Below, in pieces: positions 26,360 through 40,530 of a DNA stretch of 64,000 nucleotides. Position 1 is the first letter of the stretch. The number at the start of each line of letters is the position of its first letter. The notes beneath the pieces were generated by a model. The model did not search any database. It had not been told where the DNA came from and was given only the letters and a program-made list of their open reading frames with translations. Position numbers and translations under genes: made by a program. This DNA is from Lingula anatina (lineage: Eukaryota; Animalia; Brachiopoda): NCBI GenBank assembly GCA_051362555.1, contig CM120645.1, positions 5,022,001 to 5,086,000 of the forward strand, in the 5' to 3' direction.

Positions 26360-28628
26360 TGTAGAGCCGCATTTTGCAACCGACCGCATTTTGCAACCGG
26401 TTGCAAAATACGTTCAGTTGCAAAATGCGGTCCTACTAAGTAGAGCCGCATTTTGCAACTGAACGCATTTTGCAACTGCAACGCATTTTGTAACCTAAGA
26501 AAATCGTGAAAACGCATTTTGCAACTGCAACGCATTTTGCAACCAGGATTTTTTTCTAAGTCCTTGAAACAGCTTGAAGTACGAGACAGGTAGAATTGGA
26601 GTGGGGACGGGTTTGCTTCGACTATGTATGCAGAAACTGGCCAGGCTGCCCCTGGGGTGGACGAAAATATAAAACTTATTGCACATTGTAATTTCCTAAA
26701 CCATTAGAGTTAGGAACTCTAAACGTTAATAAACATTTTGTTAGGCATGTGCATGGGATTTCGGATTTTTTGTTTTTGTTTTTTTTTTTTAATTGGGGGT
26801 GTGGCCGTCCCTAGGGGTGGTTGATTGTACTTTTACTTCGTATTTTTCTCCTATCCACCCTTATATCTTCAGAATTAGGAAATAAAAACGTTGGGGATTA
26901 ATACACTATCGTAAGAAATGTGCATGGGCACTTCGGAAATTTATTGTGACATGGGTGTGGTTGTCCCTAGGGGTGGCTGAGTCTAATTTTACAACGTATT
27001 TTTTGCTATCTGCCTATTGTATCGGCCATTTGAGTTAAAGCATGAAATTTAGCTACAGTATAATTTGGGATGTTGAATGGCATTTAATTTTTTTGACTTA
27101 GGGTGTGGTCCTGGGGGTGGTTGAATATAATTAGACGTTGTAATTTCTGCTATCTACCTTTAGACCATATAAGTTAGGAACGGAAGGCTATGGGAATTGA
27201 AAACATGCCTTTAGAGATATGGATCCTTCTGGGGTATTGATGGGTGTGGCCGTCCCTGGGGGTGGTTGATTCTATTTTTTGCACCGTTACTTCTACCCTT
27301 AGAGTTAGGAACATGAAATGTTGGGGATTGATAATGAATGTACATGGGTCTTAGAGGAATGTAGAGTACAGCAGCGGCGCACATAGCACTAAACGGACTT
27401 ACAGTCGTAGGCATGAATATAGGTCAAGGAATCCAGTTAAAGCTGTTCTTTTGACCCATGCCAACCATAAGGCCCTACACACTCAGGAATCCTGGCGTTC
27501 AACTAGCCGTTGTGTCTTAATACAAAACAAATATGTTAATTAATCATAAATAGTAATTAGCATGTGTGTTGCTCTACAGAGGCTATGCCTGAAAGTATGG
27601 GGTCTTGCATGGGTTTTTAATTAACTTGACCTATATTCAAGCATACCGCTGAAGGTCTGTTATTAAGTGCCGTCTGCTGTGTTCTTTGCATTCCCCTTCC
27701 TTCTTAACTCGAAGACAGCTTTCATATTCACACATCCTACTATCTGGGTCGGTCCAACTCTGCAGGGGATCTCACTTAAGTGCAATCAGTGGAATCAGCT
27801 TAATTGTCTGACATACCACCAATCACCCCATCCATTGAAGAACCGTCACATCCAAAGTCACACTAAAATTCCCCTGTACCCATGCACCAAAGACTCGTGC
27901 TCCTAACTCGAATGGTCGAGAAGGAGATGAAAGAAATTACGGTGAAAATATTACAGTCAAGTAACTATCCCCAGGGACGGCCATTCCCCAAGTGACCAAA
28001 AATTCCTATGTGCCCAAGCACATCTCTAACGATCTCAACCACCCCCAGGGACAACTACACCCCAAGTCACAAAAATCTGGAGTGCCTACGCACATTTCTT
28101 ACGATGGTATTAATCCCCAACGCTTTTATTTCCTAATTCTACAGATATAAGGGTAGATAACAGAAAATACAATGTAAAATTACAATCAGCCACCCCTAGG
28201 GACGGCCACACCCCTATGTGCATGCCTAACAATATCTTTTTTACTCCCTGGCGTTTCAACCTCCTAACTCTAATGGTTTAGGAAATTACAATGTGAAATA
28301 AGTTTTATATTATCGTCCACCCCAGGGGCAGCCTGGCCAGTTTCAGCATACATAGTCGAAGCAAACCCGTCCCCACTGCAATTCTACCCGTAGCCTACCT
28401 GTCTCGTACTTCAAGCTGTTTCAGGGACTTAGAAAAAAATCCTGGTTGCAAAATGCGTTGCGGTTGCAAAATGCGTTTTCACGATTTTCTTTGGTTGCAA
28501 AATGCGTTGCAGTTGCAAAATGCGTTCAGTTGCAAAATGCGGCTCTACTTAGTAGGACCGCATTTTGCTACTGAACGCATTTTGCAACCGGTTGCAAAAT
28601 GCGGTCGGTTGCAAAATGCGGCTCTACA
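26360..28628. mobile_element. Non-autonomous foldback DNA transposon with long TIRs, Ginger-like ends
   Basis: Termini are TGTAGAGCCGCATTTTGCAACC...GGTTGCAAAATGCGGCTCTACA. About 350 bp form a near-perfect inverted repeat that decays further inward. The 4-bp flanking duplication is AAGG. There is no transposase ORF. Confidence 0.88.
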
Positions 28629-31560
28629 AAGGGCAAGGGGGCCATATTTGAGGAAGGGAAAGTGATTTCCATTTTAAGCGGAGTGTAATAATCTGATGTA
28701 ATACGGACCCAGACCCCATTACCATCGCTTTTACGGTCACTGCTATTAGACTAAGAGATGGATTCTTGTGTGGGGAATGGTAGAAAACTTTTAAAGAAAA
28801 AATTTGGGAATATTATTTTCAGAATGCGGAGAAACAGACTGTGGAAATGTAAATTGCTAGGTTTTTGTGTTGAATTTGGTAAAAACAGTCCTGTACAAGC
28901 TCATCACATCAAAAGTCGATAGTTATTACCAACAGAGGGGATAATGCTTACATATTCCACTTGGCCTAGCTAAATATTTTTACGCTTACCTACGTCAGTC
29001 TGTATAGATTTCTTGTGGAGTTTAACATTCGGTTTCTGTTAAGAGAGGCTTGGTTCGTAACAGACGACCAGTAAGTGAAAAAAATGTACAAACAAAATTG
29101 TCTAAACAGGATTCGCAACAGGACGTACAATGTAATCTTACAGCAATAGATTTTCTTTGTTAGTATACTATTTTGGCATCTTAGAAACTTGAATCTAAAG
29201 CAATCAGACACAAGGATTACTTACAAGGGTGGGGGTTGGGGTTGGGGTGGGGGGTACTGATCAATCCACTGACTAAGTCCAACCTAAACACACACGTCCC
29301 CCCCCCTCTCTCACACGTCGTATCTTGTTCTATGGCTCACCTCTTTAGTCTCAGATGCACTATAGTAACCCAGATAAGGGACACCAGTCCCCTCTATGGT
29401 CCCTGGCGACTCCTAATACATTCAGAATCATAATCTGTATGTCCAAGCGTCATGGTTTAGTGTCCACTATTTCTTGAACTATCTGTTCTGTAACGACTTC
29501 TCTTGATCTGTCAGCGATCTGTATCCAAGCCTTTTTGTCAACTGAGCGTTTAGGGAAAAATGGCAGCTAAATCCACAAGCCCAAATCAACAACTGTCCGC
29601 GTGTTATTTTACTGTCGGCCCATTGTACTTGGGCTATTCTTCCCACTTCCACTCATGTGCTTCGTTGTAAGCTCTTTTGTCAAAACTCTCCGGTCCCATA
29701 TACTACGCTTTTCATCGAATGGGTGGTTTCTATAATCTATTTAATACACTACTAATGAACAGTGAGAGGCTTTTGCCTGCTTTGAGGGTTATTAAGTTTG
29801 TGCTGCATGAATAGGTTCCTGTCAAAATCCAAATGGTAAGTGCTGACGTTGTTCCGCGAATTATATGTGCGTAACACTTACCGAGACTTCAAACTTTTAA
29901 TAATGTTTGGATTTGAAGAGAACAAAACAAAAACCTCTTTCTTTCATCTCGTATTTTTTCTCAACAATAATATTTTTAAGTAGAGTAAAATTTCTCAATC
30001 CATCTTAATATGAACACAATGTAAATTTGCCTGCGTAAAATAAATCACTCCTTTTTAAATCATACTCTTATATATAAGAGGATTCATATTCTCGCGAATT
30101 AATCTTGCCTCGGGACGTTCAAAGGTGAACAAAAACAAGTGACCTTTTATTGCAGATTTGTAGGAAGGGAAAAGCTTTTTTCGATTCCCTTTCCCAATCT
30201 TAATCTTTTGAAAGGGTAATAATCTCGTAGATAACGCTTTTCTCAGGCATAAGATATTTTTATACCTTTGTGAAAGTAAATCCTCCCTTGTTTGCGTTCT
30301 CTGATTAAGAAGTTATGTGCGTGTATATCGAAGTGTTAAGAACACTAATAAAACTTTTTAAACATTCAACAAATTCCGCTTTAACGATAATTGCCTTCAT
30401 GCCAACATGTTTACATGGTTACATCAACTTGTTATGGGGACCTTTTCTCTCTAATAGAGACGTCATCAATCACAGTTAGGAGATGTTTTTTTTTTTTTTC
30501 AGTGGCTGTTTTAATAATCTTTCCATTCTACTCTTGGTTACTCGATCCTGGGGAGTTTAGTAAGTTATAAAATTTGCTAAATATCTAATTAAATTTCTAG
30601 CCATGCTATTAACATTAAACACGTATTCACCTTAGTAAAAAATCTGCACGAGGGAAAGCAATCAACTTGTTCTTTTTCTTTTTCAAAAAAGTATATATTT
30701 ATTAAATCACCTATTTGGCTTATTCCACTGCAATAAACCACACTACCGTAGCTTACCTTATCTTAAATTTTTTATAATTTTTTTCCAACGATATTCAATC
30801 GTGATACAACAAATGGATGATAATAATTAACTAATACACGTCTTACGAGACTTCCACTTCCAACCACACAGATTTTCTTGCCGGCGAAAAGCCGATGGAT
30901 TGGCGAAAAGATAGTGGGTGCCATTTTATAAGTGAAAATTACCTGCAAAGCCTACAAGTTAATATATAGAATATTTGTCAATCTGAATAAGAATTATTCT
31001 TTTGCCTTTAGATGCATATATCAAATAGAGTGCGTGGGTAACGTAGTTAAGTCTCATACTTATCCCATGTGATCGCAGTCCTCTTAATCTCGTCTTTTAC
31101 AGGAAATACTACAGCGTCACTATGGTAACTGAACCAACACAATGACTGTTAGACCTTATTTTAGCACAAAATTAATAAGTTTTCATCACTAAGGGATGTC
31201 ATATCCAAAACTGGAAACAGGATTATGATCCATACATCCGCATTTGAGTTCTAAGTTTCTTTTTTTTAGTCACACCTTCGTAATAAAAAATTAGCACTGG
31301 TGAATTTCAGTAGTAATGACAGAAGTAAAAAAAATTAAGAGCTCGAAAAGAGCTTAGTTTAATTAAAAGACTTCGGTAAGATATACGTTAGTGGTTCATG
31401 GAAAATGGCTGACATATTCATGTTTTTAATGGCACATTCAGTATAGGGCTAACGTTAATTGTATGCCTTTAAATATATCATTAGTCTATATAGTGTTCTT
31501 TCTAGGTGTTATACCTGTATATAGAATTGAATCCTATGCTATATACTCAAGAGTAAACTA

Positions 31561-31777
31561 AGGGCGCATTCCCATAGATTTTAGATCGATCTATCCCCGT
31601 GGGGAGTCTCACTAGATTACTGTCAGATAATTCGGCTTAAATGTCCGTCCCGCCTACTACAAGCTGTAAGGGGGTAATTAACTTTCTTTCCCGCTCGGCT
31701 GATAGCTATTTAGCGTGAACCCCCAGGGAGTTAGGTCGATCTAGTTGGATCGATCTAATCTCTGGGAATGGGGTCTA
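31561..31777. mobile_element. Palindromic MITE-like element (family A)
   Basis: Inverted ends CATTCCCATAGATTTTAGATCGATC ... GATCGATCTAATCTCTGGGAATG. It shares the GGGGA(G/T)TCTC(A/G)CT motif with the other copies. Confidence 0.6.
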
Positions 31778-32375
31778 ATATTGCACAATTAAAAAACCCT
31801 CCCATCAAGCACCTTATACTTCATGTGGCGTTATCGTCGTAATGTGCCGTAACTCTTTGGTCCCCCCTCCCCTGCCACGCACACGCACACACTTACACAC
31901 GCACACACGCACACCACCACCACCACCACCACCAAAACATCGGCAACTTGCATTGGCTATTTGAGTGTGAGATACAGTTAAGATTAACTTTTCAAAGGTG
32001 GCTAAAAATCTGGGTTTTAGTCCTTCATGTGACGGTTCGTGTGTCACAGATCAATCGCATCAATCGCGTGACATATTATCAAACATATCTGACAGTCACT
32101 CACCTGTTAACAGAATTTGCAGGAACGATAATTTTCGAGAACGAAAATAGGTACTTTTTCATTTTTAACATAACGCTGCAGCGCTGACCAGTGCTTTGCA
32201 GGTCAATTATTATTTCGTGTGTGTGGAACAACTGGAAACGGAAAAGCTAAAAACATGAAATGTAAGCGAAGGGTGTGGGCGTTCTAATTGTTTAATCTGA
32301 TGTGCTTAACTTCACATTTGTAAAACTCTTGTTCTTACCTATGCGACATGACAGCTCCACCCTTCGGCTGAGGCC

Positions 32376-33745
32376 TTTGATCACGTGACAGAGCTCCTCG
32401 ATATGAGCTCCGGAATTTAAAATCGTACCACAGTACTCTCTTGGGCGGATCCAGAGATATTTTCTGACAGCCCTCCAAATTGTCTTTGTTGATCCATCCT
32501 CCATTTTGACCGTCTTCCGACAGGAAAAAATAGATAGCTCTCAATTTAAACTTTAAAATCTGACCGTCTTCTGGAAGACCCAGAAGACGGTTTCAATCCG
32601 CCCCTCTGCTCTCCGACCACAGGATCCGCTAGAAATATGTTACAAAAGTTATTGTCCCTATACTTTAATTTTGTATACAATTTTAGAGACCCCTGATGTC
32701 AGAGGGTAACGCAAATTGAGGGTAGTGGTGGGGGTGCAGACACTGGCCTCATAAGTACTGTAAAAAACATTAACTATTATCTTTCCTATCATCTTTACGG
32801 AAGAGTGAATGAAAAATCTTCTTCACTATGCAAATCATTTTTCTTGGTTTTTTCACAATCATTGCAGACGGTATCAATCCTAATGTAAAAGAACTGTGTA
32901 TAATGAGTTGTAACCACAAACATATTAAGTTCCCGTATCTCAATCGATTAAATTTGTTTTGCGGCGTGGAAAGGTATTGAATTTAAATGCCAGCTAACGA
33001 TTATTGTTTCTAAGACTGGGTCCCCATCCCTAGACCCCATTCCCATACCTACATCGATCTAGCGGGATCGGTCCATCTCCGAGGGGATTCTCGCTTTTAA
33101 AATCGCTTTCAGCTTAACGCTGAAAGCGTCTTAAGCGGCTTAAACGTCTGGCACGCTTACTGAAGCTGCTAGAGATAGTTAATTACCTCCAGATTCAGTA
33201 GGCGCTTAAGTACCTCCAGATTCATCTAAGCCGCTTAAGTTAATTGCAATTAATGGAATGGTCTTTTTGATCAAGTGACAGAGCTCCTCGATATGAGCTC
33301 CGGAATTTAAAGCTGTTTCACAGTACTCTCTGACCACAGGGCCCACTATAAGTCTGTTACAAAAATGTTAAAAGTGTGATTTTGTATCAGTATTTTAGGG
33401 GGCCCTGGTATCAGAGGGCAGTATCAGAGAAGGAGAAGTTTCAGTCCCTGGTCTCATACATGTAACTACATGTAAAAGCACGTTCAATCTCTTTAGAAAT
33501 TATTATCTTTCTTATCATCTTTGCAAGAGAGAGAGTGAAAAATAAAATCTTCTTCACTATGTAAGCCTTTTCTTTAAGTTTTGTCACAATGAATGCAGAC
33601 AGTATCAATCCTAATGTAAAAGAAGAACTGCATATAATGATTTGTAACCACAAACATATTAAGTTTCCGTATCTTAATCGATTAAATTCGTTTTGCGGCG
33701 TGAAAAGGTAATGAGTGTAAATGCCAACCAACGACTATTGTTTCT
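32376..33745. repeat. Diverged tandem duplication (~480-bp unit; copies 32376-33011 and 33266-33745) separated by a family-A element
   Basis: Both copies contain GTGACAGAGCTCCTCGATATGAGCTCCGGAATTTAA, AAAATCTTCTTCACTATG, GTATCAATCCTAATGTAAAAGAA, GTAACCACAAACATATTAAGTT and GTTTTGCGGCGTG in the same order. Confidence 0.88.
32440..32606. mobile_element. MITE (family C), copy 2, inserted into the first copy of the tandem duplication
   Basis: It is colinear with 17137-17304 (CAGAGATATTTTCTGACAG...TGACCGTCTTC...GAAGACCCAGAA). It is absent from the second copy of the duplication. Confidence 0.82.
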
Positions 33746-34336
33746 TATAGCGCTGCTGTGCACGGAGAATTTTCTGTGATTTTCGATATATTCGTACAGC
33801 GTGTTAAGCAAGGGCAAACTCAGTACCGGGTAATTGTTGTTAAGAATATGACATCCCCTACGAAGTGGGGCAGCGTTCTTTGAAATTTAAGTCATTTTCA
33901 GAATGAAAGAAGAAATATTGAGGTATGAATCTGTGTTTTCTGGACTCGCCGCCTCACATGATTTACGTTTTCAGTTCTTGAAATATACGAAACTTAAAGT
34001 AACAAAGTAAAGTATTTTAGACAAACGATAGGTACATGTACATAAACCATCTCTAGTTGAACTCATCTGAGGACAAGTAATACTTTTTGATTATATTTTA
34101 ACGGATAAATGCCATGAAAAAAATGTCACCCTCTGACGAATCATCTTAACACAGTTTTAAATCTCGATGATCTCGGAAGACAGTGCGAGAATTGAGCTCG
34201 ACGGGACGGAATTTGAAACAAACAAGCAAACAAAAAAGGCTTTTCGCGGGAAAAATCCTTCACTGTGAACCTTTAATCACAATTATTCTATTATTATCGT
34301 TGTTATAATGGAAGGAACCCCACTGTGTGTATATAA

Positions 34337-35082
34337 GGGATCATTCCCATAGACACCATCTGGATACGTAGGTCGATCCAACTCTGCAGGGACTCTCGCT
34401 GAGTGCAATCAGCTTAATTGAATGACACCCGTACAATTGTTTCCAATGTACCCGTATAATCACCAGTTTTTATGTATTCTACTCAACGCCAGGGGGCGTG
34501 CCATTCAGTGCAGCTGAGTGCCCTCAGCAAGAGTCCCCACAGAGTTAGCACCTTAAATGCAACAGTGTTTGAATAAAACTTATGACAAAACATGCGACAG
34601 AACGTAATGCATTTCTAAACTTTTTTTATCATAAGCACAGGGAGGATATAGCCTGTCTTGAGAAAAACTACAAATCTTAAATGAAAGCTAATCATAGCTC
34701 TTTCAAAAAAATTAAGATTTCAAATTCTAGTGATTTATGTCCTTGTATCAAAGAGCTTGTATACCGAAGCTACTAAGGAAGCATTCAAATTCAAGTTATC
34801 GTACCAGCAGGCTCAATCCAGCTCTGCGGGGATTCTCGCTAAATAGTGCAGTAAATGTAAACAGCTTAATTGTCAGACAAATGTCAACCATCTCTCCGGG
34901 GATTCTCGCTAAAATTCAGTCATGTAAACAGCTTAATTGCCAGACAAATGTCAGTCGAGCGCAAACGAAAGCTAATAACCCCCGGACTACTCAAGGTGGC
35001 GTGTCACACGATTAAACTGATTTCACTGAATGCAATTAAGCGATAATCAGCCACAGAGTTCGATCAATCCTGGTTAGTATTG
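34337..35082. repeat. Two further degenerate family-A palindromic elements (~34337-34550 and ~34800-35082)
   Basis: Both share GATCCA(A/G)CTCTGC(A/G)GGGA(C/T)TCTCGCT...CAGCTTAATTG and mirrored right arms (..AATC/GTCC..CACAGAGTT). Confidence 0.55.
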
Positions 35083-35446
35083 GTAATGACAGATAGATGT
35101 CGCGAATTACTACACACGGCAAAGTGAACACCTGTGAACACAGGGTCTTTCAATTATCCAAGAAAAGGAGATCTATGAAAACAGAATTGACTGACAAGGT
35201 TAAACAAATAAAGTCTTACTTTACTCATTTCCAATTAAATCTTCACTTTACCTCTTAGCTTTCTAATACCATATTTATATTATTATACCATTATATATTA
35301 TACAATTAATTATACCATGAAATAGGTAATAAGCCTGCTGTCTTATAAAGTTTATATGCGTATTTCCCTACGAGAAAATATTGGAATTCAATAATGAAAT
35401 GCCCTTCGATGGACGAATTCTTTTGAGTATGTAGTGACATGCAACT

Positions 35447-36819
35447 TTATCGGTTAAGGAAATGTTTGTAGTAGCCTCGTAGGTTAGGAGATCTTGCAGG
35501 CAGCGGTGGAGGCGGTGGAAGGAGGGCTCCCTTCTCAAGGCTATCATAACGCTGTACATCAGAAGGGGACAGCGAGAGCTTGCCTTTGTACCATGAACCA
35601 ACCTGCAAATCAATAATACACAATATTCACTATGCGATCCATTATCCTTTTCTCTGGGATTTTAGCATGAAAGTGTTACTGTGTTCCGAAAGTAGATTTT
35701 AATAGCATCTGTGCAAAATAGGATGAGATGCAAGTATTAAGAATGAATTGAAAAGTACAGATAACATATATAAGTCCATTTTTATAGATATCATTTCCGC
35801 CAAGTCGTCAATTGTATCATCACATGCATCTAACTTACCGTGGCATATCCAAAACTTCCATCCTTGAGCTTCTGGAAGTTAAGAATTTTGTATTCATATC
35901 TGAAGTTCAGCACCGGATCATCGACCCCTTCATCGAGGACAAGTCGGACCTCTTTATACAGCTCAGCGACATCTTTAGCATCACCGTTGACCTGGCCTAG
36001 GCACCCCTCAAAATCAACCCGCCCACACTTATACAAGTAGAACTTTGCCAACCCGTCGGCGTATGCGTAGACCGCTTTCGCTGTATTAGCCGTAACAGGC
36101 ATTGGAGGCAATGGTCTGCGCTCGAAGGATTCATCTCCCGTACAAGCGTTAGGGAACTTTCCGCCGAAAGTCAGAGCGCACTGAAAATGCTTCTCCCAGA
36201 ATTCTGCATACCAAGGGTCATCGGGAAAACTGTCAGGTGTCAGGGTTTTGGTAAAACTGTCAAAGTCAGCATCCAGTACAGCGTCTGGTACCAAAATAAG
36301 TGAACCTTTCATGACTTCGTCCAAACCGTCTACGACCATTTTGGGATATTTCCATTGACCCGCGTTTATCCACAGGAGACGGCCGGCAGTGTCCTGGCGC
36401 TCTGCTGCAAGAAGTAGTTGACGGCTGTCGTCAGCATTGGCAAAGGTTACCACGTTCGGTGCTCCAGCCTTTACGAGCTTGGCAATAACATCGTCGTAGT
36501 CGCTTGCAGACGTCCCGTTGACTGTTAGAAAGGTTCCAATAATGAATGTACGGCGTTCTATGTCATTTTTTAATATCAGGGCCAGATCCAAGCTTGCCTT
36601 TTCATTTGATGCGACGATGGACACGTGGGTCCATTGAAGGCGAAATAGAACATTGACCAACAGTGTGGTGGTATCTTTAACAACATGTGGCACACCAATG
36701 ACGCCGTCAGTTTTGGACCCCTCCTTTACTGGACTTATCTGGATAATAAAACTACATGATAGTGATTTTGCTTTCAGTACTACTAAGTGTTTGATTGCCC
36801 GTGTGTGTGTGTGCATTTG

Positions 36820-36860
<41 letters not shown>

Positions 36861-39800
36861 AAAACAGTGCAATACGCAGTGAAGCACTCTTCCATTGGAC
36901 CGAAGGCAGACGGAAATATTGACAAATGATCCGGGGAGGAATATAAATGCAAAATGGCATATAAGGGATAAAAGTACCATTTCATCTCTACATAAACTAG
37001 TATAGCAGAGATACGCACCTGCACCAAGTGTTGTTGTTCACGCCTGGCTTCGGAGATGGCGTCCGATTCATTTTTCTCAAATCCAGCAACCATGCCCAAT
37101 ACGCCGGTTCTTACCGGAACCTCAGGAGGCTGGCTGAAATATGGATATTTGGCATCAAATCCGTTGACGACATCACTTGCTACCGTGGGGGACGAACATG
37201 TGTTGTACACCACGTACCCCAGCTTTGAACCCTGAAGAATAATGGCAGCCTTTTTATTGATTTGATCTATCGCGTAGTAGAATCCCAACAGACTGTGGTA
37301 TATTTCGTGGCGTAGCTCGCCGTCACAAGTGTTACCACACGTGTCGAAACCGTAGAGCGGGAAGAGCCCAATCAAGGTGAAGTCTTGAGGTTGAGGATGG
37401 AATTGCAGGTCGAGCACGTCTGGAGAGGTGGTCCTGCACGGAGGCTTGCTGCAGGAGGACACAATCGTATCAGCTGATATGTGTTCCAGTAGTAGATTGC
37501 CGTTGACCCACTGTCCTACCTATAATATGCATAAACAAAATCACTTTACAATGATGCCTAAAAACGGAAAGTTCACACAGGTGAATTGTTGGCAGAAAAC
37601 GATACTTTAAATAGCTCAACTGGTGTCGACGGATTTGTTGTTTTCAAATTTTCAGTGAATAATTTGGGGTAGACAAACGCTTTTAATGCCGGTTTTTGGA
37701 TTCCCATTAAACCCATTCAAAAACTCGACCATGATCGTCTAGAGGCACACTACAAACTGAGTCGTGCCCTAAAAGAAATTCTTGCAGAGCTAATCGCTTT
37801 GTGAAGATAAAAAGCTCGATTGCACGCTTCCATTCAAATATAGCCCTTTTTAAAGTCAGATCTAAACCTGTAGTTTAAAATGTAACAAAAAATCCAGAAA
37901 AAAATGACACCAATCTATGAATCGTCGTTGCTATATCAATTTAAATGCAAAATGTAATGAAGTCTAAACTCAACTGTACATGCTTTTTTGGTTTGTATTG
38001 ATGGTGTTTACCACCTGGCCAAAACAACAGCCGGATTTGGTTCACTCTAATAGCGCACCAACAACTATTTTTATTACAATATAATCACACACAATTGAAC
38101 CACTGGTTTTCAATTAATTAAAAACTTGATATTTTGATATGAAGACTATCCAATATGACTATTTAATGTGTTTTTGTTTTGTTTTCATCGCGTATTTCAG
38201 AGAATTAGATATGTTACTTACGTTGATGTAACCGTACTTATTTCTGGACAGTTCTTGGAAAGTGTTTATCTGGTAACTTGGTATGGCATCGTCAAAGCTA
38301 TCGAACGCCACCTCCAGACCCGATGACCCAGTGAACTCTGAATCCTTAATGTATGTTGTGACTTTGTTTAAGTTCTTAACTGCGTTAACACATAGCTTTG
38401 AAGGCGTCATCGGACAGAAATCAGCCATCAGTTGTTCTAGTCCTTTGGCATAAAGACGGACAATGTCGGTTATGAAGGCGACTCTACCTTGGAAAGGTGC
38501 GATGTCTTCTGGCGTCAATCGATCATCTTGGCAGGGTTCTTTGAAGGTTCTATCAGCAATGAAGCATTCGAATTTTTGTTCCCAAAATTCTCGAAACCAA
38601 ACATTCCTCGAGTTCTTAAACGGCGATAGAGTTGTTAGATACTTGTTGAACCCATCTACCGGTGCTGAAAAAAAGTCGAGGGTCACTGCTCCCTCGGCCG
38701 TTTCCTCAAGTCCAGAGACAATACCTAATTCGGTTCCCCATCCATCTCCGCCGAACCAAGTCTTTCTTGGGAGATCTTTTTCTCTATCTTTGCCAGCCAG
38801 AATTGCTCTGGTATGCTCAGCCGTCGTGAACATAATGACAACCTGCACCTGCGCACGAAAACCTGACGAGATGTATCGTATAATGTCACGAATGGCGTTC
38901 GAATCCGATGCTATGTCGTCATTCATTTTAACAAGCGTAGAGACGGTTATGCCCTCTTCCTGGGCAAGTTTTAATAACAGGCGACTTCCTTCTAGACCGT
39001 AGGCATTGTCACTGTATATCGCGATCACGCTGGTCCATTTACTTGCTTTTAGTATATCAATAAATGCCTCTACTTGGTACTGATCGGAGCCAATCACTCT
39101 CAGGAAGTTTGGATATTTCTTCTTATCACTGAGAAGAGGACTTGATGACCGATAGCTTATTTGTGGTACACCGTACACTTCAAGGATGTCCTGTGTGTAG
39201 ATTGCTGCGTTACTAGAAAGGGCGGTGACGGATCCCAAAACCGGGGCAAACCCATTCTTGCCGGCGCTTTCATCATTCTTCACTAGGAATCTGGATATTT
39301 GCCTAAATGTCCTGACTGGACTAAATGCACAGTCGTCTAGCACAGTTGCGCCTAGCTTCACGTCAGGTAGAATGGTCGGATCGTTATTGATTTGGTCAAC
39401 TGCGTAAAGGAACCCCTCTACCTCAGCAAGAACCCCTATTTCATCGACACTCTTACTGCATTCTCTGCCGTTGCTCCCTTTGGAGTGAGCATTGAAGACA
39501 CCTAATAATTGGACGTCACCTCCTGGAATCTCAGAGATTCTGAAAATTAAAGGGATAACAGCTCTAAGTATGGGTTTCAAAATTTTACAATGTAAATATA
39601 TTGTAAACAACACGTAGAAACATTATAAATTACATTTTATCACCAAAGCGGCGGTAATTGCAATTATCCTGAAATATGTGCCTACCATTGGACTTTCATA
39701 GATGGCTATATCGTACCTTCCTCCATAATAATCTCCTAAGAGATTATTACAAAAAACACACCTAAAGTAGCCAATTGACTAACTGAATATCGATTATATA

Positions 39801-40492
39801 TATATGCTTGTGACGTTCATGCACCAACACCCAAACTTATGCCTGCTCCAGCAGGACAACACCCAATCTGAGACAGGGACCAGTTTCAGAACAATACTTC
39901 GGCCCAAAAGTTGACCTTAACATTTACACCAAAATTGCTTTAGATTTTGAACCAAGATAGATCAACAGTGTCCGATTTAATGGAATACTGCAACTCTTAA
40001 AAAGAAAAACATGGCTAATGGTTTTGATCAATGCTCACTTTAGTTGACTAGGTTGCTACAAGTACCTCTTGAATAAAATAGACCATGTTTGTGGTCTAAA
40101 GATAGAGACAACTTTCAGACCACAGTTCTTTTTGGGAAACCCGTGCCTCGTAAGCGAAACACGCTATAAATCCCCGACTTGGCTCTAGATGTGGTACGTA
40201 GTTTTAAGCACCCCCAAAATGACCCAATGGATTCTTGCCACGTCACATTAGCTACGTACCTGTCAACAGTATGTAGGCACTCATGACAGTTTTCAGTGCA
40301 CGTGGATGGAATGTGTTTAGCGGTTTCTTTGCCTTTCCTATCATACATTTTGATAGGACTTATGATTTCCAAATTACCACTCTTCCATGTACCAACCTGA
40401 AAGGTATAATGGCATTTGCCGTTGAAAAATGAATTAATTAATCAATAACATTAAATTGAACAAAATGATGAGAAACACTTATTTTACATCAT

Positions 40493-40530
<38 letters not shown>

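Noticed and set aside
26335-28665. Paired ORFs MRCSCKMRFHDF... and CRISPR-like repeat spacing
   Set aside because: They are the two arms of the foldback element. The context is eukaryotic, with no unique spacers and no cas genes.
33441-33731. Hydrophobic 96-aa minus-strand ORF as a candidate missing transmembrane exon of the flytrap gene
   Set aside because: It lies within a diverged AT-rich tandem duplication, the sister copy shows no equivalent long ORF, and it has no class C 7TM motifs.
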